NCBI GenBank assembly: GCA_018698975.1
Contig: JABIPQ010000024.1
Span: forward strand, 106 to 64,105
Source: Gammaproteobacteria bacterium
Lineage (GTDB): Bacteria; Pseudomonadota; Gammaproteobacteria; Pseudomonadales; Pseudohongiellaceae
Direction of reading: 5' to 3'
Length of the DNA stretch: 64,000 bases
The translations under genes and the position numbers were made by a program. Below the pieces are notes generated by a model that was not told the origin of the DNA, searched no databases, and saw nothing but the letters and a program-made list of their open reading frames with translations. Shown here piece after piece: positions 12,997 through 24,581 of the stretch (positions are counted from its first letter, which is position 1; each line of letters starts with the position of its first letter).

Positions 12997-13467
12997 ATGC
13001 CAAGAAGAAGAGTTGTAGCTAAACGGGAAGTTCTTCCCGATCCCAAGTTCGGTAACAAAACCCTTGCGAAGTTTATGAACCATGTAATGGTTGATGGCAA
13101 GAAATCTGTTGCAGAAAAAATTGTCTACGGCGCTCTTGCAGTAGTCGCTGACAAATCCGGTAAAGATCCTCTGGAAGCCTTTGAGCTTGCTCTGGACAAT
13201 ATTGCTCCTCTGGTGGAAGTTAAATCCCGCCGTGTGGGTGGTGCTACCTATCAGGTGCCTGTGGAAGTACGTCCCGATCGACGTCATGCACTGGCGATGC
13301 GCTGGTTAGTAGATCATGCCCGTAGTCGTGGCGAGAAATCCATGGCTTTGCGTCTGGCTGGCGAGATTTCTGATGCAGCCGAAGGCCGTGGCAGTGCTGT
13401 CAAAAAACGTGAAGATGTCCATCGCATGGCAGAAGCCAACCGCGCTTTCTCACATTATCGTTTTTAA
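12997..13467 (+). CDS. rpsG: 30S ribosomal protein S7
   Basis: [20 protein letters not shown]... is the canonical S7 sequence. Confidence 0.98.
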   Translation: MPRRRVVAKREVLPDPKFGNKTLAKFMNHVMVDGKKSVAEKIVYGALAVVADKSGKDPLEAFELALDNIAPLVEVKSRRVGGATYQVPVEVRPDRRHALAMRWLVDHARSRGEKSMALRLAGEISDAAEGRGSAVKKREDVHRMAEANRAFSHYRF

Positions 13468-13509
13468 ACCAGGTTCTATTTCCGCTCTGAGATTGTTGAG
13501 GTTTTTACT

Positions 13510-15606
13510 GTGCCCAGAAAAACTCCACTAAGCCGATATCGAAATATAGGTATTGTTGCTCATGTGGATGCAGGCAAAACCACAACAACCGAAAGAGTGC
13601 TTTTCTATACTGGTATTTCCCACAAAATAGGTGAAGTGCATGACGGTGCAGCCGTCATGGACTGGATGGAACAAGAGCAGGAGCGTGGTATTACTATCAC
13701 CTCTGCTGCCACTACCTGTTTCTGGAGTGGCATGGACCAGCAGTTTGACGAACACCGGGTTAATATCATCGATACTCCCGGACACGTTGACTTCACCATT
13801 GAAGTGGAACGTTCCCTGCGCGTATTGGACGGCGCTGTAGTGGTCTTGTGTGCAAGCTCAGGGGTACAGCCCCAGACAGAAACAGTTTGGCGCCAGGCCA
13901 ACCGCTATGAAGTGCCTCGTATTGTTTTTGTAAACAAAATGGATCGGGCAGGTGCTGACTATTTAAAAGTTGTTCAGCAAATGAAAGAGCGCCTTGGTGC
14001 TAACCCTGTTCCTATCCAGCTCGCCATTGGCGCTGAGGATGAATTCAAGGGTGTCATTGATCTGATCAAGATGAAACGCATCATCTGGAATGAAGCCGAT
14101 CAGGGTGTAACTTTTGAATATGGCGTAATTCCAGATGACATGTTGCCTGAATGTGAGAAATGGCGGTCAGAATTGATTGAAGCAGCCGCTGAAGCCAATG
14201 ATGAACTCATGAATAAATATCTGGAAGGGGAAGAGTTAACTGAAGCTGAGATCAAACATGGCCTCAGGGTAAGAACGCTGGCAAATGAAATCGTGCTGAC
14301 CCTTTGTGGCTCTGCCTTTAAAAACAAAGGCGTTCAGGCAATGCTGGATTCAGTTATAGAATTCATGCCTGCACCGATCGAAGTTAAAGCTATTGAAGGT
14401 ATTTTGGAGGATGGTGTCACTCTGGAGGCCCGTGAGGCTGATGATAGCGCGCCATTTGCTGCTCTGGCTTTTAAAATTGCTACCGACCCTTTTGTGGGCA
14501 CACTGACTTTTTTCCGTGTGTACTCAGGCACCCTGAAATCTGGCGATTCGGTTTATAACCCGCTAAAAGCCAAAAAAGAACGTGTTGGCCGGATGGTGCA
14601 AATGCATGCCAACTCCCGTGAAGAAATTAAAGAAGTACTTGCTGGCGATATTGCCGCAGCAATCGGACTGAAAGATGTTACCACCGGTGAAACACTGTGT
14701 AGCCTCGATAATGTCATTACCCTGGAGAAAATGGATTTCCCGGAACCTGTTATTTCTGTTGCTGTAGAGCCAAGAACACAGGTAGATCAGGAAAAAATGG
14801 GTATTGCGCTCGGCAAACTGGCCCAGGAAGATCCTTCATTCCGGGTGGAAACAGATGAAGAGTCAGGCCAAACCATTATTTCGGGTATGGGTGAGCTTCA
14901 TTTGGATGTGTTGGTTGACCGTATGCGGCGGGAATTTGGTGTTGAAGCTAATATTGGTAAGCCTCAGGTTGCGTATCGTGAAACGATCCGAAAAATTGTC
15001 GAAATAGAAGGAAAGCATGTAAAGCAATCAGGTGGTCGTGGGCAATATGGTCATGTCTGGTTGCGCCTTGAGCCATTACCCGCTGACTCAGAATACGAAT
15101 TTGTTAATGAAATTGTCGGTGGTGCAGTGCCCCGGGAATATATTCCGGCGGTCGACAAAGGTGTTCAGGAACAGATGCAAAATGGCTGCCTGGCTGGATA
15201 CCCACTGCTGGCTATGAAAGTGACTTTATATGATGGTTCCTTCCATGATGTGGATTCCAGTGAAATGGCATTTAAGATTGCAGGCTCCATGGCATTAAAA
15301 AAAGGCGCTTTAGAGGCCAATGCGGCTTTGCTGGAGCCGGTAATGCAGGTGGAGGTTGTTACACCTGAAGAATACATGGGCGATGTGATGGGTGATTTGA
15401 ACCGTCGCCGCGGCATTGTTCAGGGTATGGAAGACAGCTCTTCCGGGAAAGTAATTAATGCCGAAGTACCCTTAGCAGAGATGTTTGGTTACTCAACAGA
15501 CCTGCGATCTGCTACTCAGGGGCGGGCAACCTATACCATGGAGTTTACCAAGTACGCAGAAGTGCCTTCAGCTGTTGCCAGCTCGATTATCGAAAAAGGC
15601 GCTTAA
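13510..15606 (+). CDS. fusA: Elongation factor G
   Basis: GTG-start 698-aa [38 protein letters not shown] with GTPase G1-G4 motifs ([21 protein letters not shown]). Confidence 0.98.
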   Translation: MPRKTPLSRYRNIGIVAHVDAGKTTTTERVLFYTGISHKIGEVHDGAAVMDWMEQEQERGITITSAATTCFWSGMDQQFDEHRVNIIDTPGHVDFTIEVERSLRVLDGAVVVLCASSGVQPQTETVWRQANRYEVPRIVFVNKMDRAGADYLKVVQQMKERLGANPVPIQLAIGAEDEFKGVIDLIKMKRIIWNEADQGVTFEYGVIPDDMLPECEKWRSELIEAAAEANDELMNKYLEGEELTEAEIKHGLRVRTLANEIVLTLCGSAFKNKGVQAMLDSVIEFMPAPIEVKAIEGILEDGVTLEAREADDSAPFAALAFKIATDPFVGTLTFFRVYSGTLKSGDSVYNPLKAKKERVGRMVQMHANSREEIKEVLAGDIAAAIGLKDVTTGETLCSLDNVITLEKMDFPEPVISVAVEPRTQVDQEKMGIALGKLAQEDPSFRVETDEESGQTIISGMGELHLDVLVDRMRREFGVEANIGKPQVAYRETIRKIVEIEGKHVKQSGGRGQYGHVWLRLEPLPADSEYEFVNEIVGGAVPREYIPAVDKGVQEQMQNGCLAGYPLLAMKVTLYDGSFHDVDSSEMAFKIAGSMALKKGALEANAALLEPVMQVEVVTPEEYMGDVMGDLNRRRGIVQGMEDSSSGKVINAEVPLAEMFGYSTDLRSATQGRATYTMEFTKYAEVPSAVASSIIEKGA

Positions 15607-15725
15607 AATATTGAATAATAAGCATATTATCATTATTCGAGTGTCTGTATTCGAGAAGAATTCCGGATAAAAAAGAAGAGAGTAAAGAAAGCTCTCATTA
15701 TTTCTTAATTTAACGGCTAAACTCC

Positions 15726-15754
15726 TTGACTCTACGGGGTCTCGCACGTAATAT
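15726..15754 (+). promoter_or_regulatory. sigma70-type promoter of the S10 operon
   Basis: TTGACT (15726-15731), a 17-nt spacer, then TAATAT (15749-15754), about 95 nt upstream of the rpsJ ATG. Confidence 0.65.
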
Positions 15755-15847
15755 TTGCGCTCTTTTTTCGAGGTGAAATCAAAATTTGGTTTCACCTCTT
15801 TTAAATGTTCTTTAACAACTTTATTGATGTCGGGAGATGTTGGTCAT

Positions 15848-16183
15848 ATGCAGAACCAGCGAATCAGAATTAGGCTAAAAGCCTTTGATCACCGCTTGAT
15901 TGACCAGTCTACACAGGAACTGGTGAATACCGCTAAACGTACTGGTGCTTATGTCAGAGGTCCGATTCCTCTGCCTACCAGGAAGGAGCGATTTACGATT
16001 CTTGTCTCTCCACATGTCAATAAAGATGCGCGCGACCAGTATGAAATTCGTACTCACAAGCGCTTGCTCGACATTGTTGAGCCGACTGAGAAATTTGTTG
16101 AAGCATTGATGCAGTTGAACCTTGCTGCCGGTGTTGAAGTACAAATCAGTCTAGGTAAGAGCGAACCAAAAAGCGGTAAGTAG
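15848..16183 (+). CDS. rpsJ: 30S ribosomal protein S10
   Basis: The internal ATG at 15848 of ORF 15755..16183 gives [21 protein letters not shown], the canonical S10 start. The protein carries an 8-aa tail (KSEPKSGK) after the usual ...QISLG end. Confidence 0.95.
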   Translation: MQNQRIRIRLKAFDHRLIDQSTQELVNTAKRTGAYVRGPIPLPTRKERFTILVSPHVNKDARDQYEIRTHKRLLDIVEPTEKFVEALMQLNLAAGVEVQISLGKSEPKSGK

Positions 16184-16379
16184 CGCTTTTTATTAAAGGC
16201 TTGAAGAATAAAGCCTTAAAGAATTTTTTAGGTGGTAAGTGTCTGTAGCCAAAACTACTGGCACTCTAAATACATAAACTTTGCCAGGTTCCTTACAGGG
16301 CCCAGGCAGTACACATAACATGGTGTAATGCGAAAGCAGCCATAGTGGGTTAAAGCCCCTTACACGATGAGGTAAGATA

Positions 16380-17042
16380 ATGTCGATTGGCTTAGTCGGT
16401 CGAAAAAGCGGTATGACCCGCATTTTCACCGAATCCGGGTCCTCTATACCCGTTACAGTGGTAGAAGTTCTGCCGAACAGGGTTACTCAGGTGAAAACCG
16501 TCGAAACAGACGGTTACAGCGCTGTGCAAGTAACTACTGGGTCTGTAAAAGGCTCCCATGTCTCCAAATCCGAAGCAGGTCAGTATTCCAAGGCGGGCAT
16601 TGATGCCGGTCGCGGTTTCTGGGAGTTTCGTGATGAGCAAGCAGCCTTCGCTGAAAAGGATGTGGCACCTGGCTTTGAGTTCACAGTAGATACATTTGCT
16701 GAAGGGCAAATTGTAGATGTTACTGGTACTTCAAAAGGTAAGGGATTCCAGGGTGTAATCAAGCGCCACAATTTCACCATGCAAGATGCTACTCACGGTA
16801 ACTCATTGTCACATCGCGCCCCTGGTTCGATCGGACAATGCCAAACACCGGGTCGTGTCTGGAAAGGCAAAAAAATGGCCGGCCAGATGGGTAACGTGAA
16901 GGTCACTACCCAGGGTCTGGAAGTAGTAAGAGTCGATACTGATAATAATTTGATTCTCATTAAGGGCTCTGTTCCTGGAGCTACGGGGTCAGATGTCATT
17001 ATCTCGCCAACTGTTAAAACCAAAACGTCTTCTGAGGGGTAA
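16380..17042 (+). CDS. rplC: 50S ribosomal protein L3
   Basis: [20 protein letters not shown]... is L3-like. S10 operon order. Confidence 0.97.
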   Translation: MSIGLVGRKSGMTRIFTESGSSIPVTVVEVLPNRVTQVKTVETDGYSAVQVTTGSVKGSHVSKSEAGQYSKAGIDAGRGFWEFRDEQAAFAEKDVAPGFEFTVDTFAEGQIVDVTGTSKGKGFQGVIKRHNFTMQDATHGNSLSHRAPGSIGQCQTPGRVWKGKKMAGQMGNVKVTTQGLEVVRVDTDNNLILIKGSVPGATGSDVIISPTVKTKTSSEG

Positions 17043-17045
17043 GCA

Positions 17046-17663
17046 ATGGATTTGAATGTTGCACTGCCTGGTAAGAAGGCAGCAAAAAAAGTTTCCGTAT
17101 CTGACGATAGCTTTGCCAAAGAATTTAACGAAAGCCTGGTTCACCAGGTCGTAGTTACCTATCTTGCCGGAGCGCGTCAGGGCACTGTAAAGCAGAAAAC
17201 CCGATCTGAAGTTAGTGGTGGTGGTAAGAAACCATGGCGTCAGAAGGGAACTGGGCGTGCTCGTGCAGGTACTACAAGAGGGCCAATCTGGCGCTCTGGT
17301 GGCGTAACCTTCGCAGCTCGACCACAGGATCACTCCAAAAAAATTAACAAGAAAATGTATCGTGGAGCATTACGTTGCATCTTTTCTGAACTGGTTCGTC
17401 AGGACCGCCTTCTCGTTGTAGATGATTTCAAAGTCGATTCCCATAAAACAAAAGGGCTTATCGATAAATTGACTGAATATGACTTGCAGAATGTACTGAT
17501 TGTTAGCGATGAGGTTGATGAAAACCTTTATCTTGCTTCCCGCAATCTTCACAAGGTTGATGTTCTGGATGCTGCAGGTGTTGATCCCGTTAGCTTGATT
17601 GGTTTTGAGAAGGTAATGATTACATTACCTGCGCTCAAGAAAGTAGAGGGGATGCTGGCATGA
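17046..17663 (+). CDS. rplD: 50S ribosomal protein L4
   Basis: 205-aa ORF with [19 protein letters not shown], the L4 signature. Confidence 0.96.
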   Translation: MDLNVALPGKKAAKKVSVSDDSFAKEFNESLVHQVVVTYLAGARQGTVKQKTRSEVSGGGKKPWRQKGTGRARAGTTRGPIWRSGGVTFAARPQDHSKKINKKMYRGALRCIFSELVRQDRLLVVDDFKVDSHKTKGLIDKLTEYDLQNVLIVSDEVDENLYLASRNLHKVDVLDAAGVDPVSLIGFEKVMITLPALKKVEGMLA

Positions 17664-17959
17664 ATCAGGAAAGAATGTTGACCATAGTATTGGGCCCTCA
17701 TGTTTCTGAGAAGAGCTCTATCATTTCTGAAATGAATAATCAGGTTACTTTCAAAGTGGCCAGAGATGCTACCAAGCCTGAAATCAAGAAAGCAATTGAA
17801 GGCCTGTTTAATGTTGAAGTGAAAGAAGTTCAGGTCTTGAATGTGAAAGGTAAAAGAAAGCGCACGGCTAAAGGCAAAATGCGGACTCGTGTGAGCTGGA
17901 AAAAAGCATATATCCGTCTTGAGCAGGGTCATGAAATTGACTTTGCAGAGATGGGTTAA
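17660..17959 (+). CDS. rplW: 50S ribosomal protein L23
   Basis: 99-aa ORF overlapping the rplD stop by 4 nt. L23-like sequence ([26 protein letters not shown]). Confidence 0.95.
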   Translation: MNQERMLTIVLGPHVSEKSSIISEMNNQVTFKVARDATKPEIKKAIEGLFNVEVKEVQVLNVKGKRKRTAKGKMRTRVSWKKAYIRLEQGHEIDFAEMG

Positions 17960-17974
17960 AGGAGAGCGTAGAAA

Positions 17975-18805
17975 ATGGCAGTTATAAAATCAAAACCTAC
18001 CTCCCCTGGACGTCGTTTCGTCGTTAAAGTGGTTAATCCTGATCTTCACAAGGGCGCACCTTATGCTCCTCTTGTTGAAGCTCAGCATAAAAATGGCGGG
18101 CGTAATAATGCTGGACGTATCACGCGCAGACATTGTGGTGGTGGTCATAAGCAGAAATACCGAATTATTGATTTCAAACGTAACAAGGACAATATCCCGG
18201 CAACTATAGAAAGGCTGGAATATGATCCAAATCGCAGTGCAAACATTGCATTGTTGAAGTATGCGGATGGTGAACGACGCTACATAATTGCCCCGGGCAA
18301 AGTAAGTGCGGGTGACGAAATTATTTCTGGTGAAACTACGCCAATGAAGCCTGGCAATTGCTTACCTATACGTAATATACCAATGGGTAGCACCTTGCAT
18401 TGCATTGAAATGAAACCTGGCAAAGGTGCGCAAATTGCACGCAGTGCTGGTACTTCAGCTCAGTTGGTGGCCAGAGACGGTCAATATGCCACTTTGCGTC
18501 TGCGCTCAGGTGAAATGCGTAAAGTATTATCTGACTGCCGTGCAGTACTGGGAGAGGTATCTAACAGTGAGCATAACCTGCGTTCTCTGGGTAAAGCAGG
18601 TGCTAAACGCTGGCGTGGTGTCAGGCCAACAGTTCGTGGTGTTGCCATGAACCCGGTAGACCATCCACATGGTGGTGGTGAAGGCCGTACTTCCGGTGGC
18701 AGACATCCTGTTTCACCCTGGGGTACACCGACTAAAGGTTACAAGACTCGTACGAATAAACGAACGGATAAACTTATTGTTCGCCGTCGTCGTGCTAGCA
18801 GATAA
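17975..18805 (+). CDS. rplB: 50S ribosomal protein L2
   Basis: [17 protein letters not shown]...[13 protein letters not shown] is the canonical L2 sequence. Confidence 0.98.
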   Translation: MAVIKSKPTSPGRRFVVKVVNPDLHKGAPYAPLVEAQHKNGGRNNAGRITRRHCGGGHKQKYRIIDFKRNKDNIPATIERLEYDPNRSANIALLKYADGERRYIIAPGKVSAGDEIISGETTPMKPGNCLPIRNIPMGSTLHCIEMKPGKGAQIARSAGTSAQLVARDGQYATLRLRSGEMRKVLSDCRAVLGEVSNSEHNLRSLGKAGAKRWRGVRPTVRGVAMNPVDHPHGGGEGRTSGGRHPVSPWGTPTKGYKTRTNKRTDKLIVRRRRASR

Positions 18806-18825
18806 AGAATTAGAGGAAAACTAAA

Positions 18826-19098
18826 GTGCCAAGATCATTAAAGAAAGGACCATTTATTGACCTTCACCTGCTGAAGAAAGTGCAGGTTGCTGCGGACAGT
18901 AATGACAGAAGGCCGATCAAAACCTGGTCCAGGCGATCCATGATCTCTCCGGACATGTTGGGTCTGACAATTGCCGTACACAATGGCCGTCTACATGTAC
19001 CTGTGCTGATTTCGGAAGATATGGTCGGGCACAAGCTTGGAGAATTTGTTGTCACAAGAACCTATCGTGGACACGTTGCAGATAAAAAAGCACGTTAA
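18826..19098 (+). CDS. rpsS: 30S ribosomal protein S19
   Basis: [19 protein letters not shown]... is the canonical S19 sequence. Confidence 0.98.
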   Translation: MPRSLKKGPFIDLHLLKKVQVAADSNDRRPIKTWSRRSMISPDMLGLTIAVHNGRLHVPVLISEDMVGHKLGEFVVTRTYRGHVADKKAR

Positions 19099-19144
19099 TC
19101 CCGCAGATTCTAATGGTAAAGAGTGACAGTACACAGAGGTAAGA

Positions 19145-19483
19145 ATGATGGAAGTTTCAGCAAAATTAAGTACAGCCAAATTATCGGCCCAGAAAGCCAG
19201 GCTTGTTGCTGATCAGATTCGTGGTAAAGGTGTAGAAGAAGCGCTAGAGCTTCTTACTTATAGCCCAAAGAAAGCGGCTGACCTGATCAAGAAAGTTTTG
19301 AATTCAGCAATTGCCAATGCCGAGCACAATGAAGGTGTTGATATTGATGAGCTGAGAGTGTCCAGTATTTATGTGGATGAGGGAATGACGTTAAAACGTA
19401 TTCGTCCTCGCGCAAAGGGTAGAGCCGATCGTATTTTGAAACGCTCTTGTCACATTACAGTAAAAGTCGCCGATAGCGAATAA
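19145..19483 (+). CDS. rplV: 50S ribosomal protein L22
   Basis: [28 protein letters not shown] is L22-like. The start could be the second ATG at 19148. Confidence 0.95.
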   Translation: MMEVSAKLSTAKLSAQKARLVADQIRGKGVEEALELLTYSPKKAADLIKKVLNSAIANAEHNEGVDIDELRVSSIYVDEGMTLKRIRPRAKGRADRILKRSCHITVKVADSE

Positions 19484-19570
19484 AGATACAGAAGCTTCGA
19501 CCATGCTGGTGAAGGTAATCCTTTCGATTACTTCGCAGGCTAAAAGCTTAGGTTAATAAAGAGAGGATAT

Positions 19571-20239
19571 ATGGGTCAGAAAGTACACCCGACAGGCATA
19601 AGACTGGGTATTGTTAAAAAGCATACTTCCGTCTGGTATGCAGGCGGCAGAGACTACGCCAGGTATTTACTCGAGGATATGGAAGTACGCGACCTGGTGA
19701 AAAAGAAGCTGGCAGCAGCATCTGTTTCCAGAGTTGAGATTGAGCGTCCCGCTCAAACTGCCCGGGTTACTGTTTTCACTGCGAGACCAGGAATTGTTAT
19801 TGGCAAGAAGGGCGAAGATGTTGAAAAGCTTCGTACAGAATTAAGCAAAAAAATGGGTGTGCCTGTGCACATCAACATCGAAGAGATTCGTAAGCCGGAT
19901 CTGGACGCCCAGTTAGTTGCTGACAGTGTTGCGCAGCAGCTTGAGCGCCGAGTAATGTTCCGTCGAGCAATGAAGCGTGTTATGCAAAATGCCATGCGTC
20001 AAGGCGCTGAAGGTATAAAAGTACAGGTCAGTGGTCGTCTTGGTGGTGCAGAAATTGCCCGCTCAGAACGTTATCACGAAGGTCGCGTACCTTTGCATAC
20101 ACTCAGAGCAGATATTGACTATGCCACCAGTGAGTCATTAACCACTTACGGTATTATTGGTGTGAAGGTATGGATCTTTAAAGGTGAAGTTTTCGACACT
20201 GAAGAAGTTCCTGAAACTGAACCAAAAAAGAATTCTTAA
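19571..20239 (+). CDS. rpsC: 30S ribosomal protein S3
   Basis: [24 protein letters not shown] is the canonical S3 sequence. Confidence 0.98.
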   Translation: MGQKVHPTGIRLGIVKKHTSVWYAGGRDYARYLLEDMEVRDLVKKKLAAASVSRVEIERPAQTARVTVFTARPGIVIGKKGEDVEKLRTELSKKMGVPVHINIEEIRKPDLDAQLVADSVAQQLERRVMFRRAMKRVMQNAMRQGAEGIKVQVSGRLGGAEIARSERYHEGRVPLHTLRADIDYATSESLTTYGIIGVKVWIFKGEVFDTEEVPETEPKKNS

Positions 20240-20252
20240 GAGGTAGTTAAGG

Positions 20253-20666
20253 ATGTTACAACCGAAGCGAACCAAATTTCGCAAGCAAATGAAAGGCCGT
20301 AATCGTGGTCTGGCCCATCGTGGCAGCAGTATCAGTTTCGGCGAATATGGTTTGAAGGCTGTCAGCCGTGGTCGTTTGACAGCTCGTCAGATTGAATCTG
20401 CCCGTCGTGCACTAACGCGTCATGTAAAACGTGGTGGGAAAATCTGGATTCGCGTTTTTCCTGACAAGCCAATTACCCAGAAACCTCTTGAGGTAAGACA
20501 GGGTAAAGGTAAGGGTAATGTTGAATACTGGGTAGCCCAGATTCAGCCTGGCAAGGTGTTGTTTGAAATTGAAGGTGTGAGTGAAGAAATTGCAGCAGAA
20601 GCATTTGCTCTGGCTTCATCGAAACTTCCTTTCGCAACAAAATTTGCTAAAAGGGTAGTAATGTAA
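20253..20666 (+). CDS. rplP: 50S ribosomal protein L16
   Basis: [21 protein letters not shown] is the canonical L16 sequence. Confidence 0.98.
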   Translation: MLQPKRTKFRKQMKGRNRGLAHRGSSISFGEYGLKAVSRGRLTARQIESARRALTRHVKRGGKIWIRVFPDKPITQKPLEVRQGKGKGNVEYWVAQIQPGKVLFEIEGVSEEIAAEAFALASSKLPFATKFAKRVVM

Positions 20667-20863
20667 TGGCTAAATACATAACAAGCGAGTTGAGAGAAAA
20701 GTCAGTTGTAGAACTTAATGAAGTTCTCGTTGAGCTTTTACGTGACCAATTTAATTACCGCATGCAGAAATCTACTGGCCAGCTAGGTCAGACGCATATG
20801 GTGACTGCAGTACGCAAAGATATTGCCAGGGTAAAAACCCTGATTAATGAAAAACGGTCTTGA
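20666..20863 (+). CDS. rpmC: 50S ribosomal protein L29
   Basis: 65-aa ORF with start overlapping the rplP stop (TAATG). L29-like sequence ([27 protein letters not shown]). Confidence 0.93.
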   Translation: MAKYITSELREKSVVELNEVLVELLRDQFNYRMQKSTGQLGQTHMVTAVRKDIARVKTLINEKRS

Positions 20864-20909
20864 AAGAAGTATTGATCAGGCCCATTAAAGAGAACAGGTT
20901 TTAGAAAAA

Positions 20910-21227
20910 ATGACAGAAGCCGTTGAAAAAGATTTGAAAAATACCGCGACAGAAGAGTCTGCCGCAGGTGCTGAGAAGAGTGCGCGTACTGCTACTGGCA
21001 GGGTTTTCAGCAACAAGATGGACAAGTCCATTACTGTGCTGGTTGAAAGGCGTGTAAAGCACCCTGTGTATAGTAAATATTTGACTAAATCTTCCAGGCT
21101 TCATGCCCATGATGAGGCTAATGAATGTCAAACTGGTGATTCTGTCACTATTAAAGAAGTTCGCCCAATATCCAAAACCAAGACCTGGGCGCTGGTTTCA
21201 ATTGATGAAAAAGCCACCATCGTTTAA
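20910..21227 (+). CDS. rpsQ: 30S ribosomal protein S17 (with N-terminal extension)
   Basis: The S17 core is [28 protein letters not shown]...RPISKTKTW. No ATG/GTG/TTG lies nearer to the core, so about 22 extra acidic residues precede it. Confidence 0.92.
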   Translation: MTEAVEKDLKNTATEESAAGAEKSARTATGRVFSNKMDKSITVLVERRVKHPVYSKYLTKSSRLHAHDEANECQTGDSVTIKEVRPISKTKTWALVSIDEKATIV

Positions 21228-21240
21228 AGATATTTGCAAA

Positions 21241-21276
21241 GAGTTTAGAAAAGAGTTTAGAAAAGAGTTTAGAAAA
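21241..21276. repeat. 3 x 12-nt perfect tandem repeat (gagtttagaaaa)
   Basis: Read directly: gagtttagaaaa at 21241, 21253 and 21265, in the rpsQ-rplN spacer. Confidence 0.95.
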
Positions 21277-21384
21277 GATTAAAAGATACTGGCGTAACAA
21301 AAATTACGTCAGGAAATAAAAAATATTAGTTTAAAGATAAAGAGTTGTTAAATACCCAAGGGTTTTTAACATCGGAGAAGTTAG

Positions 21385-21753
21385 ATGATTCAAGTTCAGT
21401 CCTATATGGATGTGGCAGATAACAGCGGTGCCAGAAAAGTGATGTGCATCAAGGTTCTTGGTGGATCTCATCGTCGTTACGCCAGAATTGGTGATGTAAT
21501 CAAGGTTACAGTTAAAGAAGCCATTCCAAGAGGCAAGGTCAAAAAAGGCCAGGTACTGAGTGCACTCGTTGTCCGAACCAAGAGTGGTGTACGACGTGCG
21601 GACGGATCCTTGATCAAGTTTGATGATAATGCAGCAATCCTGTTAAACGCTCAGGATGCTCCTATTGGAACTCGTGTTTTCGGACCGGTTACCAGGGAAC
21701 TGCGAAATGAGAAATTCATGAAAATTATTTCTCTGGCGCCGGAAGTATTGTAG
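21385..21753 (+). CDS. rplN: 50S ribosomal protein L14
   Basis: [28 protein letters not shown] is the canonical L14 sequence. Confidence 0.98.
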   Translation: MIQVQSYMDVADNSGARKVMCIKVLGGSHRRYARIGDVIKVTVKEAIPRGKVKKGQVLSALVVRTKSGVRRADGSLIKFDDNAAILLNAQDAPIGTRVFGPVTRELRNEKFMKIISLAPEVL

Positions 21754-21835
21754 GAGCGGTTTTAACCGCGAATTTTTCGGGACTAAAGTCCCTCCTACAG
21801 ATGGTTAACCAGAAGTTGAAATTGAGAAAAGTACA

Positions 21836-22150
21836 ATGCAGAAATTGAAACGTGATGATGAAGTGATTGTGATTGCCGGTAAAGACAAGGGCAAGCGCGG
21901 AAAGATCACCCGCGTGCTGGATAATGGTCGGCTGATTGTCTCTGGCATCAACATGGTGAAGCGCCATACCAAACCTAATCCAAATCTTGGCAAACAGGGC
22001 GGTATTGTCGAGAAAGAAGCCGCCATTCAGATTTCCAATGTTGCTATATTCAACTCGAAAGCGGATAAGGCTGATCGTGTAGGAATTAGTGTTAATGACA
22101 GTGGCGAAAAAGTCAGAGTTTATAAATCTGACAATTCGTCTATTGATTAG
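21836..22150 (+). CDS. rplX: 50S ribosomal protein L24
   Basis: [24 protein letters not shown] is an L24 KOW motif. Confidence 0.96.
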   Translation: MQKLKRDDEVIVIAGKDKGKRGKITRVLDNGRLIVSGINMVKRHTKPNPNLGKQGGIVEKEAAIQISNVAIFNSKADKADRVGISVNDSGEKVRVYKSDNSSID

Positions 22151-22198
22151 AATTAGTAGATAGACAAACGATAAACAAAGACAGGTTATATAAAGATC

Positions 22199-22759
22199 AT
22201 GGCTCGTTTAAGAGATTTTTACAAAAATGAAGTGATGAAAGAGCTGAATAATCAGTTCTCTTATCAGAATCCAATGGAAATACCCAAAATTACCAAAGTG
22301 GTAATTAATATGGGTAGCGGTGAATTCGGCGACAAAAAGGTTCTGGAAAATGCCTTGGGTGACATGACCAAGATAAGTGGCCAGAAACCTGTTGTGAATC
22401 TTGCCCGTAAATCTGTTGCTGGTTTCAAGGTTCGTGAAGGTTGGCCCGTCGGTTGTAAAGTAACTTTACGGGGCGAGCGTATGTATGAATTTCTGGATCG
22501 ACTTGTATCTGTGGCAATTCCGCGAATTCGTGACTTCAGGGGACTAAGCGCCAAATCATTTGATGGTCGCGGAAATTATGCAATGGGTGTTACAGAGCAG
22601 ATTATTTTCCCTGAGATTGAATACGACAAGATCGACACACTCCGTGGTATGGATATTACGATTACTACCACGGCAAAAAATGATGCTGAAGGTCGAGCTT
22701 TGTTGCGAGCAATGAATTTCCCATTAAAAGGTGAGGTAGCTCCTGCAGCTAGCGCCTGA
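22199..22759 (+). CDS. rplE: 50S ribosomal protein L5
   Basis: [39 protein letters not shown] is L5-like. Confidence 0.97.
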   Translation: MARLRDFYKNEVMKELNNQFSYQNPMEIPKITKVVINMGSGEFGDKKVLENALGDMTKISGQKPVVNLARKSVAGFKVREGWPVGCKVTLRGERMYEFLDRLVSVAIPRIRDFRGLSAKSFDGRGNYAMGVTEQIIFPEIEYDKIDTLRGMDITITTTAKNDAEGRALLRAMNFPLKGEVAPAASA

Positions 22760-22823
22760 TAGTGTTTTGATAATTATTATAGATAGAAGATCTAAGTTTA
22801 AAGAAGGCAAGAGAAAATAAGTT

Positions 22824-23129
22824 ATGGCTAAAACTTCAATGATTGAAAGAGAACACAAGCGCACCAAATTGGTTGCCAAGTACGCTGAAAAACGTACTGC
22901 GCTTAAAGCTGTACTGAAAAGTCAGACAGCCTCTGACGAAGAGAAATGGGATGCCCAGGTAAAATTGCAGAAGCTTCCCAGGGATGCGAGTCCTACTCGT
23001 CAGCGTAATCGTTGTAAAGTTACAGGCCGACCACATGGTGTATATCGTAAATTTGGATTGTGCCGAAATAAATTACGTGAACATGCCATGAAAGGTGATG
23101 TTCCCGGTCTGACCAAAGCCAGCTGGTAA
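22824..23129 (+). CDS. rpsN: 30S ribosomal protein S14
   Basis: 101-aa [16 protein letters not shown]...[21 protein letters not shown]...KASW is the long-form S14. Confidence 0.96.
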   Translation: MAKTSMIEREHKRTKLVAKYAEKRTALKAVLKSQTASDEEKWDAQVKLQKLPRDASPTRQRNRCKVTGRPHGVYRKFGLCRNKLREHAMKGDVPGLTKASW

Positions 23130-23190
23130 AAACCAATAGCTGGAAAGTGATTTTCACCGGTCAGCATGATAGAGATAGAGGAATAGATTA

Positions 23191-23586
23191 ATGAGTATGT
23201 CAGACCCCATTGCAGATTTACTGACACGTATAAGGAATGCCCAGATGGCTGGTCTTCCTGATGTGTCCTGCCCGTCTTCAAAAATCAAACAGGCTATCCT
23301 GGATGTGCTGAAGCAGGAAGGATATATCAATGGGTATTCAGTCAATGATGACCTGGTGAAGCCACAAATTAATATTGACCTTAAATATTTTAATGGCAAA
23401 CCTGTTATAGAGTCCTTGCATCGTGGCAGTCGTCCTGGTTTGCGTTTATACACCGGTAAAGACGATATTCCAGAAGTTCAGGCTGGCCTGGGTATTAGTG
23501 TTATTTCCACTAATAAAGGGTTGATGACTGATAAAGCTGCCAAGAATGCCGGTATCGGCGGTGAGATTCTCTGTACAGTTTTTTAA
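23191..23586 (+). CDS. rpsH: 30S ribosomal protein S8
   Basis: [18 protein letters not shown] is the canonical S8 start. Confidence 0.97.
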   Translation: MSMSDPIADLLTRIRNAQMAGLPDVSCPSSKIKQAILDVLKQEGYINGYSVNDDLVKPQINIDLKYFNGKPVIESLHRGSRPGLRLYTGKDDIPEVQAGLGISVISTNKGLMTDKAAKNAGIGGEILCTVF

Positions 23587-23649
23587 TCAGTAGCAATACA
23601 AGAAACTATTTAGTAAATACAAGTTATAACAGTTTAAAAGAGCAGGATT

Positions 23650-24183
23650 ATGTCAAGAATAGCAAACAGTCCAGTCGATCTGCCTAAGGGCGTCGAGGTG
23701 AATATAGCCAACGGCCTTGTTTCAATAAAAGGAAGCAATGGTTCCCTTGACCTGCAATTGCATGATCTGGTGGATATCGTCAATGAAGATAATCAGCTGA
23801 AGTTGTCTGCAAAGAAAACAAGCAAAGAAGCTGTAGCCATGACTGGAACTTTCCGTTCCCTGGTTAACAACATGGTAGTGGGTGTCAGTGATGGTTTCGA
23901 AAAGAAACTGGAGCTAATCGGAGTTGGTTACAGAGCTAAAGCAGAAGGTAAAAAAATCAACCTGACTGTTGGCTATTCACACCCAATTGATTATCCATTG
24001 CCCGAAGGTATTACTGCAGACACTCCTACTCAGACAGAGATCGTGATCAAGGGTGCTGACAAACAAAAAGTAGGTCAGGTTGCTGCAGAAATCAGAAAGT
24101 TCAGACCACCCGAGCCTTATAAGGGTAAAGGTATTCGCTACTCTGACGAACGTGTATTCAGAAAAGAAGCGAAGAAGAAGTAA
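23650..24183 (+). CDS. rplF: 50S ribosomal protein L6
   Basis: [19 protein letters not shown]... is L6-like. Confidence 0.96.
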   Translation: MSRIANSPVDLPKGVEVNIANGLVSIKGSNGSLDLQLHDLVDIVNEDNQLKLSAKKTSKEAVAMTGTFRSLVNNMVVGVSDGFEKKLELIGVGYRAKAEGKKINLTVGYSHPIDYPLPEGITADTPTQTEIVIKGADKQKVGQVAAEIRKFRPPEPYKGKGIRYSDERVFRKEAKKK

Positions 24184-24228
24184 TAGTTAAAAATTAGTTT
24201 AAAGACATTAGGAAGAAGAGATAAAACT

Positions 24229-24564
24229 ATGAACGAGAAGAAAACATCTCGTCTGAGACGCGCCAAAAGATCACGGGCAAAAATCAGCGAATTGCGGGTA
24301 AACCGCCTTTGCATATACAGAAGTCCCCGCCATATCTATGCGCAGGTGATTTCTCCTGATCATCAGGTGCTGGCAACCGCTACTTCACTGGGCGAAAAGA
24401 AAACTGGCAATGTTGAGTCTGCTGTTCAGGTAGGCAAAGAGATTGCAGAGAAAGCCAAAGCAGCAGGTGTCACTACAGTCGCTTTTGATCGTAGTGGGTA
24501 TCAGTACCACGGTCGTGTTAAAGCTCTTGCAGATGCTGCACGTGAAAATGGATTGGAATTCTAG
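24229..24564 (+). CDS. rplR: 50S ribosomal protein L18
   Basis: 111-aa ORF with [16 protein letters not shown]...[26 protein letters not shown], the L18 signature. Confidence 0.96.
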   Translation: MNEKKTSRLRRAKRSRAKISELRVNRLCIYRSPRHIYAQVISPDHQVLATATSLGEKKTGNVESAVQVGKEIAEKAKAAGVTTVAFDRSGYQYHGRVKALADAARENGLEF

Positions 24565-24581
24565 GTAAACGGTTTAGACAA

